The position numbers were made by a program, and so were the translations under genes. The notes below the pieces were generated by a model that was not told the origin of the DNA, made no database searches, and saw nothing but the letters and a program-made list of their open reading frames with translations. Positions 54,136-63,718 of a stretch of 64,000 nt of DNA are shown here, in pieces. Position 1 is the first letter of the stretch; every line of letters begins with the position of its first letter. This DNA is from Candidatus Latescibacterota bacterium (GTDB lineage: Bacteria > Latescibacterota > CBDEFO01): the NCBI GenBank assembly GCA_965237525.1, contig CBDEFO010000004.1, forward strand, positions 96,001-160,000. Reading direction: 5' to 3'.

Positions 54136-54666
54136 CTACCAGTCCTTTTCCGACCGGCTCCTTTGGATGCTCCGATCTCGGACATTCTTGGACACTTTCT
54201 CCTGATTCTCTATAAATAATTCCAAGAGTCTTGCTGCCTCCTTTTGGGCCTTTGTCATGCTTGTGTCGTCTCCACTTTCCTGGGAAATTTGTGAAGTATC
54301 CCCGATTGAATCTATCGGGGATTGACTCTGCGCGGCAAAAGACGTATCACTTTGAGCTTCCTGCTGATTCTGTACACCTGATGTATCAGCGTGAGTCTGT
54401 TGCTGCTGCTGATCTTGCTTTTGCATCTGTTCCATTACGCTCAAAAGAGCCGACGACTTTTGATGTTCTGGAGATACTCTAAGCGCCGCCTTCAAGTACT
54501 CTTTTGCCTCCTCCCATGCGGGGTCTTTGATCTGGCTCTTAGAGAATCGTGCGGCTCCCAGGTAGAAAAGCCGTTCTGCTCCCATGTCCGAACCGGTCTG
54601 TCCGAACGCTCTTACATGAAATAGAATAAGCAAAACGAAGAAAGCTTTTATAAATTCTTTTTTCAT
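54136..54666 (-). CDS. Bat-like exported protein with Q-rich linker; carries an in-frame micro-palindrome
   Basis: Signal peptide, EAARLL and C-terminal EKDW; palindrome at 54298-54322 encodes SPIDSIGD. Confidence 0.7.
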   Translation of the reverse strand: MKKEFIKAFFVLLILFHVRAFGQTGSDMGAERLFYLGAARFSKSQIKDPAWEEAKEYLKAALRVSPEHQKSSALLSVMEQMQKQDQQQQQTHADTSGVQNQQEAQSDTSFAAQSQSPIDSIGDTSQISQESGDDTSMTKAQKEAARLLELFIENQEKVSKNVRDRSIQRSRSEKDW

Positions 54667-54966
54667 TGTCCCTTATATTCAAAACGCGGACTTTCGGAAT
54701 GCTTACATAAAAAATACGATATCGACAGGATAAAATCAACCCCCAAATGAATCTATTGGGTTTCAGCCCCTGATTTTATAGGGGATCAACCTATTTGATA
54801 GGCAAGATGTCTGTGCGTATCAGATCGTAGGCTTATCGTTGATTCTAAAGATAGAGCCAACTGGGAATTTCCTTGTAAATAGTTCTTTACTTTGCAAGGA
54901 ACTGCACTTATCTTTGATATAAATTCTTCACAAAGTTTTGGGGCCTTAAAAAGGGAGACAGCAAAT

Positions 54967-55725
54967 ATGAGGACCAACCGTATCAAGGAAAAATTTAGAC
55001 GTGGACAGGCCGTAGCGGGCATAGGTTTATCTGTGCCGAATCCCATACTGGCAAACGCTCTCTCCAAGGTGGGTTTTGACTTTATGCTTTTCGATATGGA
55101 GCACTCATCCGTAGATAGAGCCGTTCTACCCTCTTTGATGATAGCCATTGAAGCCTCAGAAACAGAGGCGATAGTACGAGTTCCGTGGAACGATTTTGTG
55201 ATAGTAAAGCAGGTTCTGGACTCCGGAGTCTACAATATAATCTTCCCCATGATAAACAGCGCCGAGGAGGCCCGTCAGGCAGTTGCAGCGACCAGGTATC
55301 CGCCCGATGGGATAAGGGGCAGCGGACCCTGGCTCTCATCAGGATATGGTGCCTATACCGCCGAATATATGAAAAGATCCAACGATGAAGTCGGCGTCTT
55401 CATCCAGATAGAGCAGCAGAAGGCTGTGGACAACATGGAGGAGATTCTGTCCGTGGAGGGAGTTTATGGGACGTTCTGCGGGCCTTCCGATCTGAGTTTT
55501 TCACTTGGCAAGTTCCCCGGGGAGGCAGTTGGAGAGGTCACAGAGAGGTTCGAAAAGATCATGGAAGTGTGCCAGAAGAATAATGTAGCCTTCGGGTTGT
55601 CCACATCAGGTCCCGATGACGCTAAATCCTGGCTCAACAAAGGAGCTAAGCTTGTGACTCTCGGAGGGGACATGGGGTTTGCGCTGGACGGCGCAAGGAA
55701 GGCGTTGGACACTGTAAGAGGTTGA
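54967..55725 (+). CDS. HpcH/HpaI aldolase family protein
   Basis: FDMEHS, VRVP, YPPDGIRG, QIE and GPSDLS motifs. Confidence 0.9.
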   Translation: MRTNRIKEKFRRGQAVAGIGLSVPNPILANALSKVGFDFMLFDMEHSSVDRAVLPSLMIAIEASETEAIVRVPWNDFVIVKQVLDSGVYNIIFPMINSAEEARQAVAATRYPPDGIRGSGPWLSSGYGAYTAEYMKRSNDEVGVFIQIEQQKAVDNMEEILSVEGVYGTFCGPSDLSFSLGKFPGEAVGEVTERFEKIMEVCQKNNVAFGLSTSGPDDAKSWLNKGAKLVTLGGDMGFALDGARKALDTVRG

Positions 55726-56380
55726 ATATTGGCTCCTGCAAAAGAGAAAAGACCTGCTGTGTTTCATCAATTCTCCTTCAGTGATTCCCCCGAAAAAGTC
55801 GTAGCGGCAGAGGCTGTATTTTTCAAGGTGTTTCAACTCACAGACACTCCATCCCCCTTGTTCCCAGACCCTCTGGGAGCCGACAGACGTTTTTGTCCCC
55901 GATAGATTCAATCGGGGATTGAGCTATGTAGATATAATACCTCACAGAGGGATATCGCATCACCTGGATGTCCACAGTTCCATCTGACGGAGTCCAACAG
56001 CCTATAACCAGATCGGGGTTATATCTTTCCAGTGCCCCCTTTGCACTCATCCTCTGAATCCTTGATAGATTCAATCCGGGAATGGGAGGGGCTATGTCCT
56101 TCCAGTCTCCAGAGTCGACAGCTATGACATTGTGGCCCTCTTTGTGCATCCCTAAACTCAAAAGACCGACCCCTGCGCATACTTCTAGGACATTGTTGAC
56201 ATCCAATCGCCTTATCTGATCCGATAGAAGACGCACAAATTCCTGCGTGGGAAGGTGATATATCTCCCAATGCTCACAGTAATCGAGCCAGGAGTCTATG
56301 CCATCTACAGCCCCCGATTCACAGAGCCTGATATGCTCTAGGGCGTCTTTGTAGCTTGGAAGTTTGAGACGTGAATCCAC
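55606..56380 (-). pseudogene. SAM-dependent methyltransferase-like gene frameshifted by a 16-nt micro-palindrome insertion
   Basis: VLEVCAGVGLL motif; deleting 55901-55916 fuses ORF 55838-56380 to ORF 55606-55911. Confidence 0.75.
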
Positions 56381-57153
56381 GTTCTACGCAACGTTTCTAC
56401 GAATGGGGGACGCTTCCAGGAGGGGCCACGAGTTTCTCTAAAGTAGGTATGGATGCGCTTCGGGAGATCTTCCGGGAGCGGAGGCAGTGCGGGGAAACGC
56501 GTCCGGACCTTTTGTTCCAGAGCAGAAAGGTCGGACGGGACCATCTGGAGGATTTCTGTGAGGCATCCGGAGGCGATTTGGTTGTTGAGTCTGCAGATGC
56601 AGTCGTTGGCCCCTTCCAGGAAGTCCAGATATTTGGAGATGAGCGCCTCGACGCGGCGATTGTAGCGTGAGATTAGAGACTGCAGGCATTCGATCTGTCC
56701 GAGGACACGTCCCAGGTTCGGCCTCGAACCTGCCGTCGGCTCGGCGAAGAAGGGAGGCCAGAAGTCGAGGCCGAGGAATCTCGTGAGAGTCTGCCGATTT
56801 AGAAAGCATGCCACTAAAGGGATGCACTTCCGGCGGATTTCTTCCCCGATGTCCTTTAGGACTTTCGCCTCCCTGATCAGGAGTCCCTCAGCGTCCTGTC
56901 GCAGTTCCTCCGCTTCTTTGCGGTCCTGAAGGGGCTCAGGTAAAAGCTGGTTATCCTTGAGGAGCCTGTAGGCGATGCGGTGTTCCGGACCGCTGGCAAA
57001 ATAGTCCTCCAAGTCGAGAGGTCTTCCCCTGCCCGGGAGATCGTTGAAGTCCCCCCCGGCGATCGCGTCACGGAGAATTTCATCTATACTTCTATGCTCC
57101 GGGCGACCGTCGGACTGTAGGAATTTAGGCCTTTCTTCGGCCATAAGGATCAT
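56338..57153 (-). CDS. DUF1992 (DnaJ-associated) domain protein
   Basis: ILRDAIAGGDFNDLPGRGRPL..YRLLKDNQLLP. Confidence 0.8.
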   Translation of the reverse strand: MILMAEERPKFLQSDGRPEHRSIDEILRDAIAGGDFNDLPGRGRPLDLEDYFASGPEHRIAYRLLKDNQLLPEPLQDRKEAEELRQDAEGLLIREAKVLKDIGEEIRRKCIPLVACFLNRQTLTRFLGLDFWPPFFAEPTAGSRPNLGRVLGQIECLQSLISRYNRRVEALISKYLDFLEGANDCICRLNNQIASGCLTEILQMVPSDLSALEQKVRTRFPALPPLPEDLPKRIHTYFRETRGPSWKRPPFVETLRRTWIHVSNFQATKTP

Positions 57154-57510
57154 CTCCTGACTCTTTCCTACAGCTTACGTGTAATTATGACAAAAAATAG
57201 AGATTTGTAAAGGCGTCTATCTAAATCTCGATCTTGCGCAAACCTAAGCCCAAATAAAGGGGATCTCTCTGTTCTCCACGTTTCCCTCCTCGGCACAAGC
57301 TCCAGAGGTACAGACTTTGTACGTAGGGCTTCCTTTAAGGCGATTCAACATTAAGCCACAGTCCCGTACAGCGTGAACCTATTCTTCCGATAGATCACGG
57401 GAGCTAAGTGTTCGAGGATTGAATTTTCAAATTGGATGACAAGTGACTGTTTTACAATATAATATAACAGAACACCGTCCAGATTCACATGCAGCAGGGG
57501 ATTATCCAAT

Positions 57511-57822
57511 CTATCCGTACTTCTTGACCGCTTCCTCGATGGCTGGTACTGCCTTCATCAGGTCCTCGGGAAGCATGACCGGGATGAGTTCGACGGCGGC
57601 ATTGAAGGCAAGGAACCATGGCTCCGCTATCGCCGGCATTTGCGAAGTGTCCTGCATATCCAGGATGATATAAGCTGCCCTCTTCCCGTTCTCCGCCACG
57701 AAGTACACTGCCTCGGGCTTTAGGTCGGCGAGGATGGACTCGACAATTTCGCCCATTCGGCCTTCCTTTATTGCTGCATTGCTGGCCTCAACATCCCAGA
57801 CAGCCTTGAATAAGAAACGCAT
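57511..57822 (-). CDS. Small GYD/DUF3303-like protein
   Basis: KPEAVYF..GKR..PAIAEPWF..PVM; AGGAGG RBS. Confidence 0.7.
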   Translation of the reverse strand: MRFLFKAVWDVEASNAAIKEGRMGEIVESILADLKPEAVYFVAENGKRAAYIILDMQDTSQMPAIAEPWFLAFNAAVELIPVMLPEDLMKAVPAIEEAVKKYG

Positions 57823-57885
57823 AGAATACCTCCTTTTGAGTAAGTTGAACATATACAAGCAACAACGAAACGCTGTCAGTCTAAC

Positions 57886-59058
57886 TTAAACACTCGGTCC
57901 GATGCGGTTGATGGCAAAAGCGTTGTATTCTTTCAAGATCTCGGCTTTCGTCATTTTTCCGGAAGCGGTGTCCAACAATTCGTTATATATTCTCTCCCCC
58001 GCTTCCTCTATCGAGGTGCCTTCAGAGAAGATGTCCGACAGGTCCACTTCCATTGTGGGTTTCATCAGCTCGAAGGATTCCCTGTGACCCGTAACCCGTA
58101 TTGTGATCATCAGTGGATGATTTATAGTGTGTCCTCCTCCCGTTGAGAAGAACATAATCTGCGCGCCGCCTGCCGCTATTCCCGTGATAGATTCGCCTCC
58201 GTGACCGGGTGTATCCATAATGTAGAGCCCTGGCTCTTTCCCCGGAGTTTGGGCGTACTCGATCACATCTATGATGGGCTTTGTGCCGCTCTTTTGAATA
58301 GCTCCTATCGATTTTTCCTCGATTGTTGAAAGTCCCCCCGCGATATTATCCCCTGTGGGCTGAGATCCCCTCAGATCGACTCCGTACTCCAGTATCTTCT
58401 TTTCCATAGCCTCTACAATATCGTATATCTTCTGAGCTACTTCTTCATTTACAGCCCTTCGGGCAAGCACGTCCTCACCTCCCATCATCTCTGTGGTCTC
58501 AGCTAATATAGACCTTCCGCCCTGGTCAATCATCATATCTGAGCAGTACCCCACAGCGGGATTGGACGCAAGGCCTGATGTGGTATCCGACGTTCCGCAG
58601 TTTAATCCTAACAGTATGTTGGAGACTCTTACTTCTTCTCTCAGGTTCGACGTGATCTCGCGTTGCATATCTATTCCCAGAGATATGCATTTGGAGGTAG
58701 CCTCCACAGCGCCTCCTGAAGCCCTGATGTTGACGGCTTCGACGGGCTTTCCCGTCTTGGAGATTTCGTGTGCTATCTCCTCGGCGGTGCAGCCCTGCTC
58801 CTTGAAGTGGTCAACGACGATGACTGCGCCGGCGTTCGGATTGGCGCCGTGGCCGACCAAGGTGTCAAACGTCTGTTTCAAATCGGGCGCTATCTGACAT
58901 CTCCCCAGAGGATGGACAATAGGAATTGTATTATCGAGTATATTTGCCACACGCTCGCATAGGGTATTGGCGTATAGGGTCCCCGAAAGCATCAAAAGGT
59001 AGTTTCTTACTCCTACGGAGCTGTCCTCTCGAACATATCCCCAGAATGTGTCTCTCAT
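57886..59058 (-). CDS. UxaA-family hydro-lyase large subunit (SuyB/altronate dehydratase-like)
   Basis: VGVRN, CGTSDTTSGLASNP, NIAGGLSTIEEKS and FSTG motifs. Confidence 0.85.
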   Translation of the reverse strand: MRDTFWGYVREDSSVGVRNYLLMLSGTLYANTLCERVANILDNTIPIVHPLGRCQIAPDLKQTFDTLVGHGANPNAGAVIVVDHFKEQGCTAEEIAHEISKTGKPVEAVNIRASGGAVEATSKCISLGIDMQREITSNLREEVRVSNILLGLNCGTSDTTSGLASNPAVGYCSDMMIDQGGRSILAETTEMMGGEDVLARRAVNEEVAQKIYDIVEAMEKKILEYGVDLRGSQPTGDNIAGGLSTIEEKSIGAIQKSGTKPIIDVIEYAQTPGKEPGLYIMDTPGHGGESITGIAAGGAQIMFFSTGGGHTINHPLMITIRVTGHRESFELMKPTMEVDLSDIFSEGTSIEEAGERIYNELLDTASGKMTKAEILKEYNAFAINRIGPSV

Positions 59059-59059
59059 T

Positions 59060-59362
59060 TTACTTTTCCTTTTTTAAATCGCCGCGTCCTCTGTCGCTCT
59101 CGATGTTGTGAACGTGAACGTAGTCCCCCGCCTTGATGTCCACAGAAGCAGAGCCTATAGCCAGACCATACTTAAATACGGTCTCTCCCCTTTTTATATC
59201 CTCAAGGGCAATCTTATGACCGTAGGGGATGTCTTCTTCTGCGACAAATTCCAGATCCACGCCCTTGGCCCTGGCCTTTATCTGGTCTCCCTTCTTCACA
59301 TCACCTATCAGGGTAGCTACATTGTCCTGTTCTTGAACGATGACGTGGGCAATAGCTGGCAT
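59060..59362 (-). CDS. UxaA-family SAF-domain small subunit (SuyA-like)
   Basis: DNVAT, IPYGHKIA, KYG and VHVHN motifs. Confidence 0.9.
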   Translation of the reverse strand: MPAIAHVIVQEQDNVATLIGDVKKGDQIKARAKGVDLEFVAEEDIPYGHKIALEDIKRGETVFKYGLAIGSASVDIKAGDYVHVHNIESDRGRGDLKKEK

Positions 59363-59380
59363 AGCCTCTGTCCCTCCTTT

Positions 59381-60322
59381 TTACCTTAGAAACTTATCTC
59401 TCATACTGAAATATCTTTGCCCAGTATCTGGCAGGATCGTCACAACCCTTTTACCTTCGCCCAGCCTTTCTGCTATCTTCATCGCACCAAAGACATTTGC
59501 CCCTGACGATATTCCCATTAGTGCCCCTTCTTTCCTTGCGATCAACTCTGCAGTTTTAAAGGCGTCCTCATCGCTTACTGCTATCACCTCGTCCACCACG
59601 TCCATACCGAGCACCTCGGGTACGAAGCCTGCGCCTATGCCCTGAATATCGTGGAGTCCGGGCTTTCCGCCCGACAGAACTGCTGACTTAGCAGGTTCGA
59701 TCCCGACTATTAACACACCCTTGAGCTTTTCTTTTAGGGTCTGTCCCACGCCTGTTATAGTCCCCCCTGTACCTATTCCTGCAACGAAAGCGTCCAGTTT
59801 GCCTTCCGTTTCTGAGAGGATCTCCATCGCAGTGGTTTTCCTGTGCGCCTCGGGATTTGCGAGGTTTGTAAACTGGTGAGGCATAAAGCAATTCGAATTG
59901 TTCTCTACGATCTTCACCGCCACTTTTACCGCCCCCTTCATGTCCTCCTCTCCCGGTGTCAGGACTATCTCCGCCCCGTAAGCGGCCAAGAAATTCCTCC
60001 GCTCCATGCTCATGGTCTCTGGCATCGTCAAGATCAATCTGTAGCCCTTAACAGCCGCGACCATCGCCAGACCTATGCCCGTATTTCCGCTCGTCGGCTC
60101 GACTATGGTATAGCCCTCCTTCAATTTTCCCGATCTTTCGGCCTCCTCTATCATCGCAAGACATATCCTATCCTTTACAGAACCTCCGGGGTTCAGGTCC
60201 TCCAGTTTAGCGCATATCTCTGCCCAACCATTCTTTCTGATCCTGTCGAGACGGATCATGGGAGTTTTGCCTACTAACTCTAAGATACTCTCTTCGGCTA
60301 CTCTCAATATATCTCCTCCCAA
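59381..60322 (-). CDS. cysK: Cysteine synthase A
   Basis: NPGGSVKDR, EPTSGNTG, GTGGT, IQGIGAGF and GISSGA motifs. Confidence 0.92.
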   Translation of the reverse strand: MGGDILRVAEESILELVGKTPMIRLDRIRKNGWAEICAKLEDLNPGGSVKDRICLAMIEEAERSGKLKEGYTIVEPTSGNTGIGLAMVAAVKGYRLILTMPETMSMERRNFLAAYGAEIVLTPGEEDMKGAVKVAVKIVENNSNCFMPHQFTNLANPEAHRKTTAMEILSETEGKLDAFVAGIGTGGTITGVGQTLKEKLKGVLIVGIEPAKSAVLSGGKPGLHDIQGIGAGFVPEVLGMDVVDEVIAVSDEDAFKTAELIARKEGALMGISSGANVFGAMKIAERLGEGKRVVTILPDTGQRYFSMRDKFLR

Positions 60323-60676
60323 GCAAGCTGACAGTAGTCAGCCGACGGGGTATTCCCCCTTCCCATCCCCTGAGATTGCTTCGTCAGACAGGGCGGAGTG
60401 GGTGCTTTGCTGAGGAGGCAAGAATCCGCGAAGCGGTCTGACCCACAAGTTTCATCCTGTACAAAGCTAGTCTTGATAATGTGATTGGTAGGTCAGACAT
60501 CTTAGTCTTCCTGCTGACCCCAGGGACTTCATCGCGAGGCGGAGTGGGTGCTGCGAGCGTTGCTACCACCACTTTTTGTAGGGGCACGGAATCCCAGCAA
60601 GGCACGCAATGGCGAAGTATGCGAAGTAATCTCACGACAGTAGTCAACGGAGAGGAGATGCCCATTATGCTGTCTA

Positions 60677-61687
60677 CTATTTTGAGATAGGTATTGCCGA
60701 GTTAAGAATCGGATAATATGGCGGATCCAGCGTCTGCTCGTCGCGCCAGTTATCGAGCTGACTGACGCGTTGAACGCATCCTATCGTACAGAATTTGCTG
60801 CAGAGCTTCTTCCGGCTGTACTCCTGTTGAATATTCCAGTTGGTGTACTCCTCAAGGGGTATACCCGGATTTCCGCGCTGTTGCGAACAGTAGTGGACAA
60901 GTCCATCTTCGCATATGTAGAGATAACGTGCACCGGCGCGACATTTCCAATCCACGTGCCCGTTTTTCACAAGTTCATCTTGGAATCTATTGTTGACGAC
61001 GTACGACCAGAAGTTGTTTGGATACCTCTCTTTTATCTGTCTGTAGACCTGGCAGGCCTTCTCGGACAGTGGCTTCATGAATCCGTCTTGTTGATGAATA
61101 ATGCCTATCGAATGCGAAAAGCCATATTGAACAGCGCGCTCTGAAATCAACAAGGCATCCTCAGCACGATCGTGCAAGGCACCTAAAACGCAATTGATGT
61201 TCACTTTGAAGTCCGCATAATCGGCAAGTAACTTAAGCTTTTTGTCCAGAACTTTTAAGCTTTTGACAGAGACTTCGTCCGGCTTGGCGTTGTCGATGCT
61301 GATCTGCATATGCTGCAGGCCGGACTCGTTAAGTTCCCTGATGCGATCTTTGGTAAGTAGATAGGCATTTGTAATCACACCTGCGACCATACGATGGAAA
61401 CGGATCCTTTCGATAACCTCTGACAGCTGAGGGTGCAAAAGGGGCTCGCCACCGGTAATCGTTATAGAAGCGGTCTTCAGTTCTTTGAGCCGGTCAATAC
61501 GTGCGAATAGATCAGGAATAGGAACCGGATCCGATGTTTGATCGTATTCGTTACAATAGGTGCAGCTGAGGTTACATCTCCTTATGGCGACTATCTGGGC
61601 ATTGATAGGGTGTTTGGTAGAAATCAGTGCGCGCAACAACTGTCTTGCTTCTTCCACCGTCAGGCGCACCTTAGATAGCCATTTCAT
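60677..61687 (-). CDS. Radical SAM protein with Cys-rich C-terminal extension
   Basis: CNLSCTYC, TGGEPLL and CRAG..YCSQ..CSKFCTIGC motifs. Confidence 0.9.
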   Translation of the reverse strand: MKWLSKVRLTVEEARQLLRALISTKHPINAQIVAIRRCNLSCTYCNEYDQTSDPVPIPDLFARIDRLKELKTASITITGGEPLLHPQLSEVIERIRFHRMVAGVITNAYLLTKDRIRELNESGLQHMQISIDNAKPDEVSVKSLKVLDKKLKLLADYADFKVNINCVLGALHDRAEDALLISERAVQYGFSHSIGIIHQQDGFMKPLSEKACQVYRQIKERYPNNFWSYVVNNRFQDELVKNGHVDWKCRAGARYLYICEDGLVHYCSQQRGNPGIPLEEYTNWNIQQEYSRKKLCSKFCTIGCVQRVSQLDNWRDEQTLDPPYYPILNSAIPISK

Positions 61688-61749
61688 AGTGCCCCCCTAT
61701 ATCTATAAAGACTGTAGTAGGTAGTCTCTGCGACTTTGAGCCTTTGTCA

Positions 61750-63168
61750 TCAGACAAAGGCCTCTCCGTCTATTTCACAGTTGTTCTTTTTCCCCATCAA
61801 TTTTAAGATGGAGGGAAAAATGTCAGCTGTCCTCAATTTCGTCCTTTTTATCTTATAGTTAATCAAAAAAGGGACGTGCATATGCTCTTTATGCATAGAG
61901 CCGTGAGATGATTTATGTTCGGGACTTTCGGACTCTGCCCTCCTCAGGTCGAACCCCTTATTGGCGCTCAAGACAATGTCACCACACCTTTTCGACTTAA
62001 ATATCTGAAGGAGCTGGATCGGGGTGTCAGGGTGCTCGGTATCGAACGTGGCCTGCAATACTTCTTGGTGTGTCATCCTTTCGGGCAGAGGATCGTATCC
62101 TGAGGGGTCTTCTCCTTCGACGCTGTAGATCACGGTGTTACCTTCACTTTTGATCTTTGCCTCTCCGTTTGGACCGGTTATGCGGATCGCTTCATTTTGA
62201 TCCTTGCTGGCGATCCATGCCACTTCATCTCTTTTTACCAGATCTGTGATGAGGTCCGGCGCGATGTTCCGAATCTCATCGTGATGTGTTCTCCTTGACC
62301 ATCCGTCGCAGTTTTTCAGATAGACGTTAGCCATTCCGTTGCCCGACTCCATGACCACAGCGTCGAAGCCGTTTCTGGATATCCTTGGATAGTGAAACGT
62401 CTTTAGCCCTCTGTTTTCCACAAATTCCACCAGATCAAAATGCGTATGGGTCTCGGTCAACCCGTGATCGCTGGCAATGATAAGCAGTGTGTCCTGGAGC
62501 CTGCCTATCTTTTTTAGTGCCTCGCCTGTTCTGCCCACAGCTTCATCTATCCTTCTGTAGGAGGCGAGAACCTCCTGGGAAAACGGAGACCCGATGTGCG
62601 AAAGTCCGTCAATTGCAGGAAAGACAGCATACACAAAGTCGGGACGCCTCCCAAGGGCTATCTCCAACAAGCGAGCCGCCGTCTTGTCCACAATAGGCCA
62701 AGGGTGAGCAAAGTGTCCCAAAAGCCAAAAGAACGCCTTCAGAACGTTTACTCTTTTGCCCCAAAATCCAGCTCCCCTGCTCAGAGAGCTGAAGATGTTG
62801 ACAGAGTTATCGGCTATCTCGAAAAGGGTCGTACGATCTTTATCGATGTCCCTGTTCATAAGGTAGTTGCCAGGGCCTATGTAACTTCTGAATCTGTACA
62901 AGCTGAAAAGGCCCTGCCTGAAATATCTTTCTCTATCGAACCACCTGATCCCAGGCAAGTTGCACGAACCGGGGAAGCAACCGGTGAGAAAAGGCAGGTA
63001 TGCCGGGCCTGTGGTGGATGGAAAAGCTGTCACCGCCCGAGTATAGGTCCCATCTTCAAGTACATATTTTTGTATGTTGGGCAATTTGCCAGCAGACAGC
63101 ATCTCCTCTGTGACATCAGCCCTTGCCCCATCAGCTAAGAAGATAATACAGGAATTGAATCTTTTCAT
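61750..63168 (-). CDS. Alkaline phosphatase superfamily / nucleotide pyrophosphatase-phosphodiesterase
   Basis: ADGAR, FPSTT, DGLSH, SDHG and SHGS motifs. Confidence 0.88.
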   Translation of the reverse strand: MKRFNSCIIFLADGARADVTEEMLSAGKLPNIQKYVLEDGTYTRAVTAFPSTTGPAYLPFLTGCFPGSCNLPGIRWFDRERYFRQGLFSLYRFRSYIGPGNYLMNRDIDKDRTTLFEIADNSVNIFSSLSRGAGFWGKRVNVLKAFFWLLGHFAHPWPIVDKTAARLLEIALGRRPDFVYAVFPAIDGLSHIGSPFSQEVLASYRRIDEAVGRTGEALKKIGRLQDTLLIIASDHGLTETHTHFDLVEFVENRGLKTFHYPRISRNGFDAVVMESGNGMANVYLKNCDGWSRRTHHDEIRNIAPDLITDLVKRDEVAWIASKDQNEAIRITGPNGEAKIKSEGNTVIYSVEGEDPSGYDPLPERMTHQEVLQATFDTEHPDTPIQLLQIFKSKRCGDIVLSANKGFDLRRAESESPEHKSSHGSMHKEHMHVPFLINYKIKRTKLRTADIFPSILKLMGKKNNCEIDGEAFV

Positions 63169-63241
63169 ATTCCACTGGGTTAGTAGAGACTGAGGGTTGT
63201 AAATAGGACACCCTTCTGTCTCTACCCGCTCTCCTCTTTAG

Positions 63242-63490
63242 GCCTAATAATTAACAAAAAAAGGCCGTGTATTAATTAAGGCATTGTACTATATTATAGT
63301 TATGCCGTTTAACCACCTTCGGTGTCATTGCGAGCCGGAGGCGAAGCAATCTCCATTCTGTGGTAGATGTAATACTCTCCGGCTCTCATAGGAGATCACT
63401 ATAAAACCTTGAGATTGCTTACCCGATAGACTCAATCGGGGACCGCTTTGCTGGTCGCAATGACTCCACCAAGTTTATGAATTAATCGGG
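63242..63490 (+). mobile_element. MITE with REP doublet, copy 3, containing a micro-palindrome at 63422-63440
   Basis: TTAG on both flanks; about 20 bp longer than its sister copies. Confidence 0.85.
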
Positions 63491-63718
63491 TTAGTACAGT
63501 GACAGTTTTGAAATCTTCGGTATCTTTTCACGAGCCAATATCATTAAGTTCAAGTGTCTAAATTAACTATAAGAGTCATTAATGTCAAATATTTTTTCTC
63601 TTGATCTTGTGGCGCTAAGATAATATATTTAGTGGACAACAGGGAAAATGTACATAATCGAGGCTATTGCAGGTTGATCAGGGAACAACAGCACAAGAAC
63701 TACACAAAAGGGTAATCT

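Noticed and set aside
60325..60670. SAM riboswitch upstream of cysK
   Set aside because: Only a TTATCAAGA-like fragment on the minus strand; the remaining conserved SAM-I elements were not found
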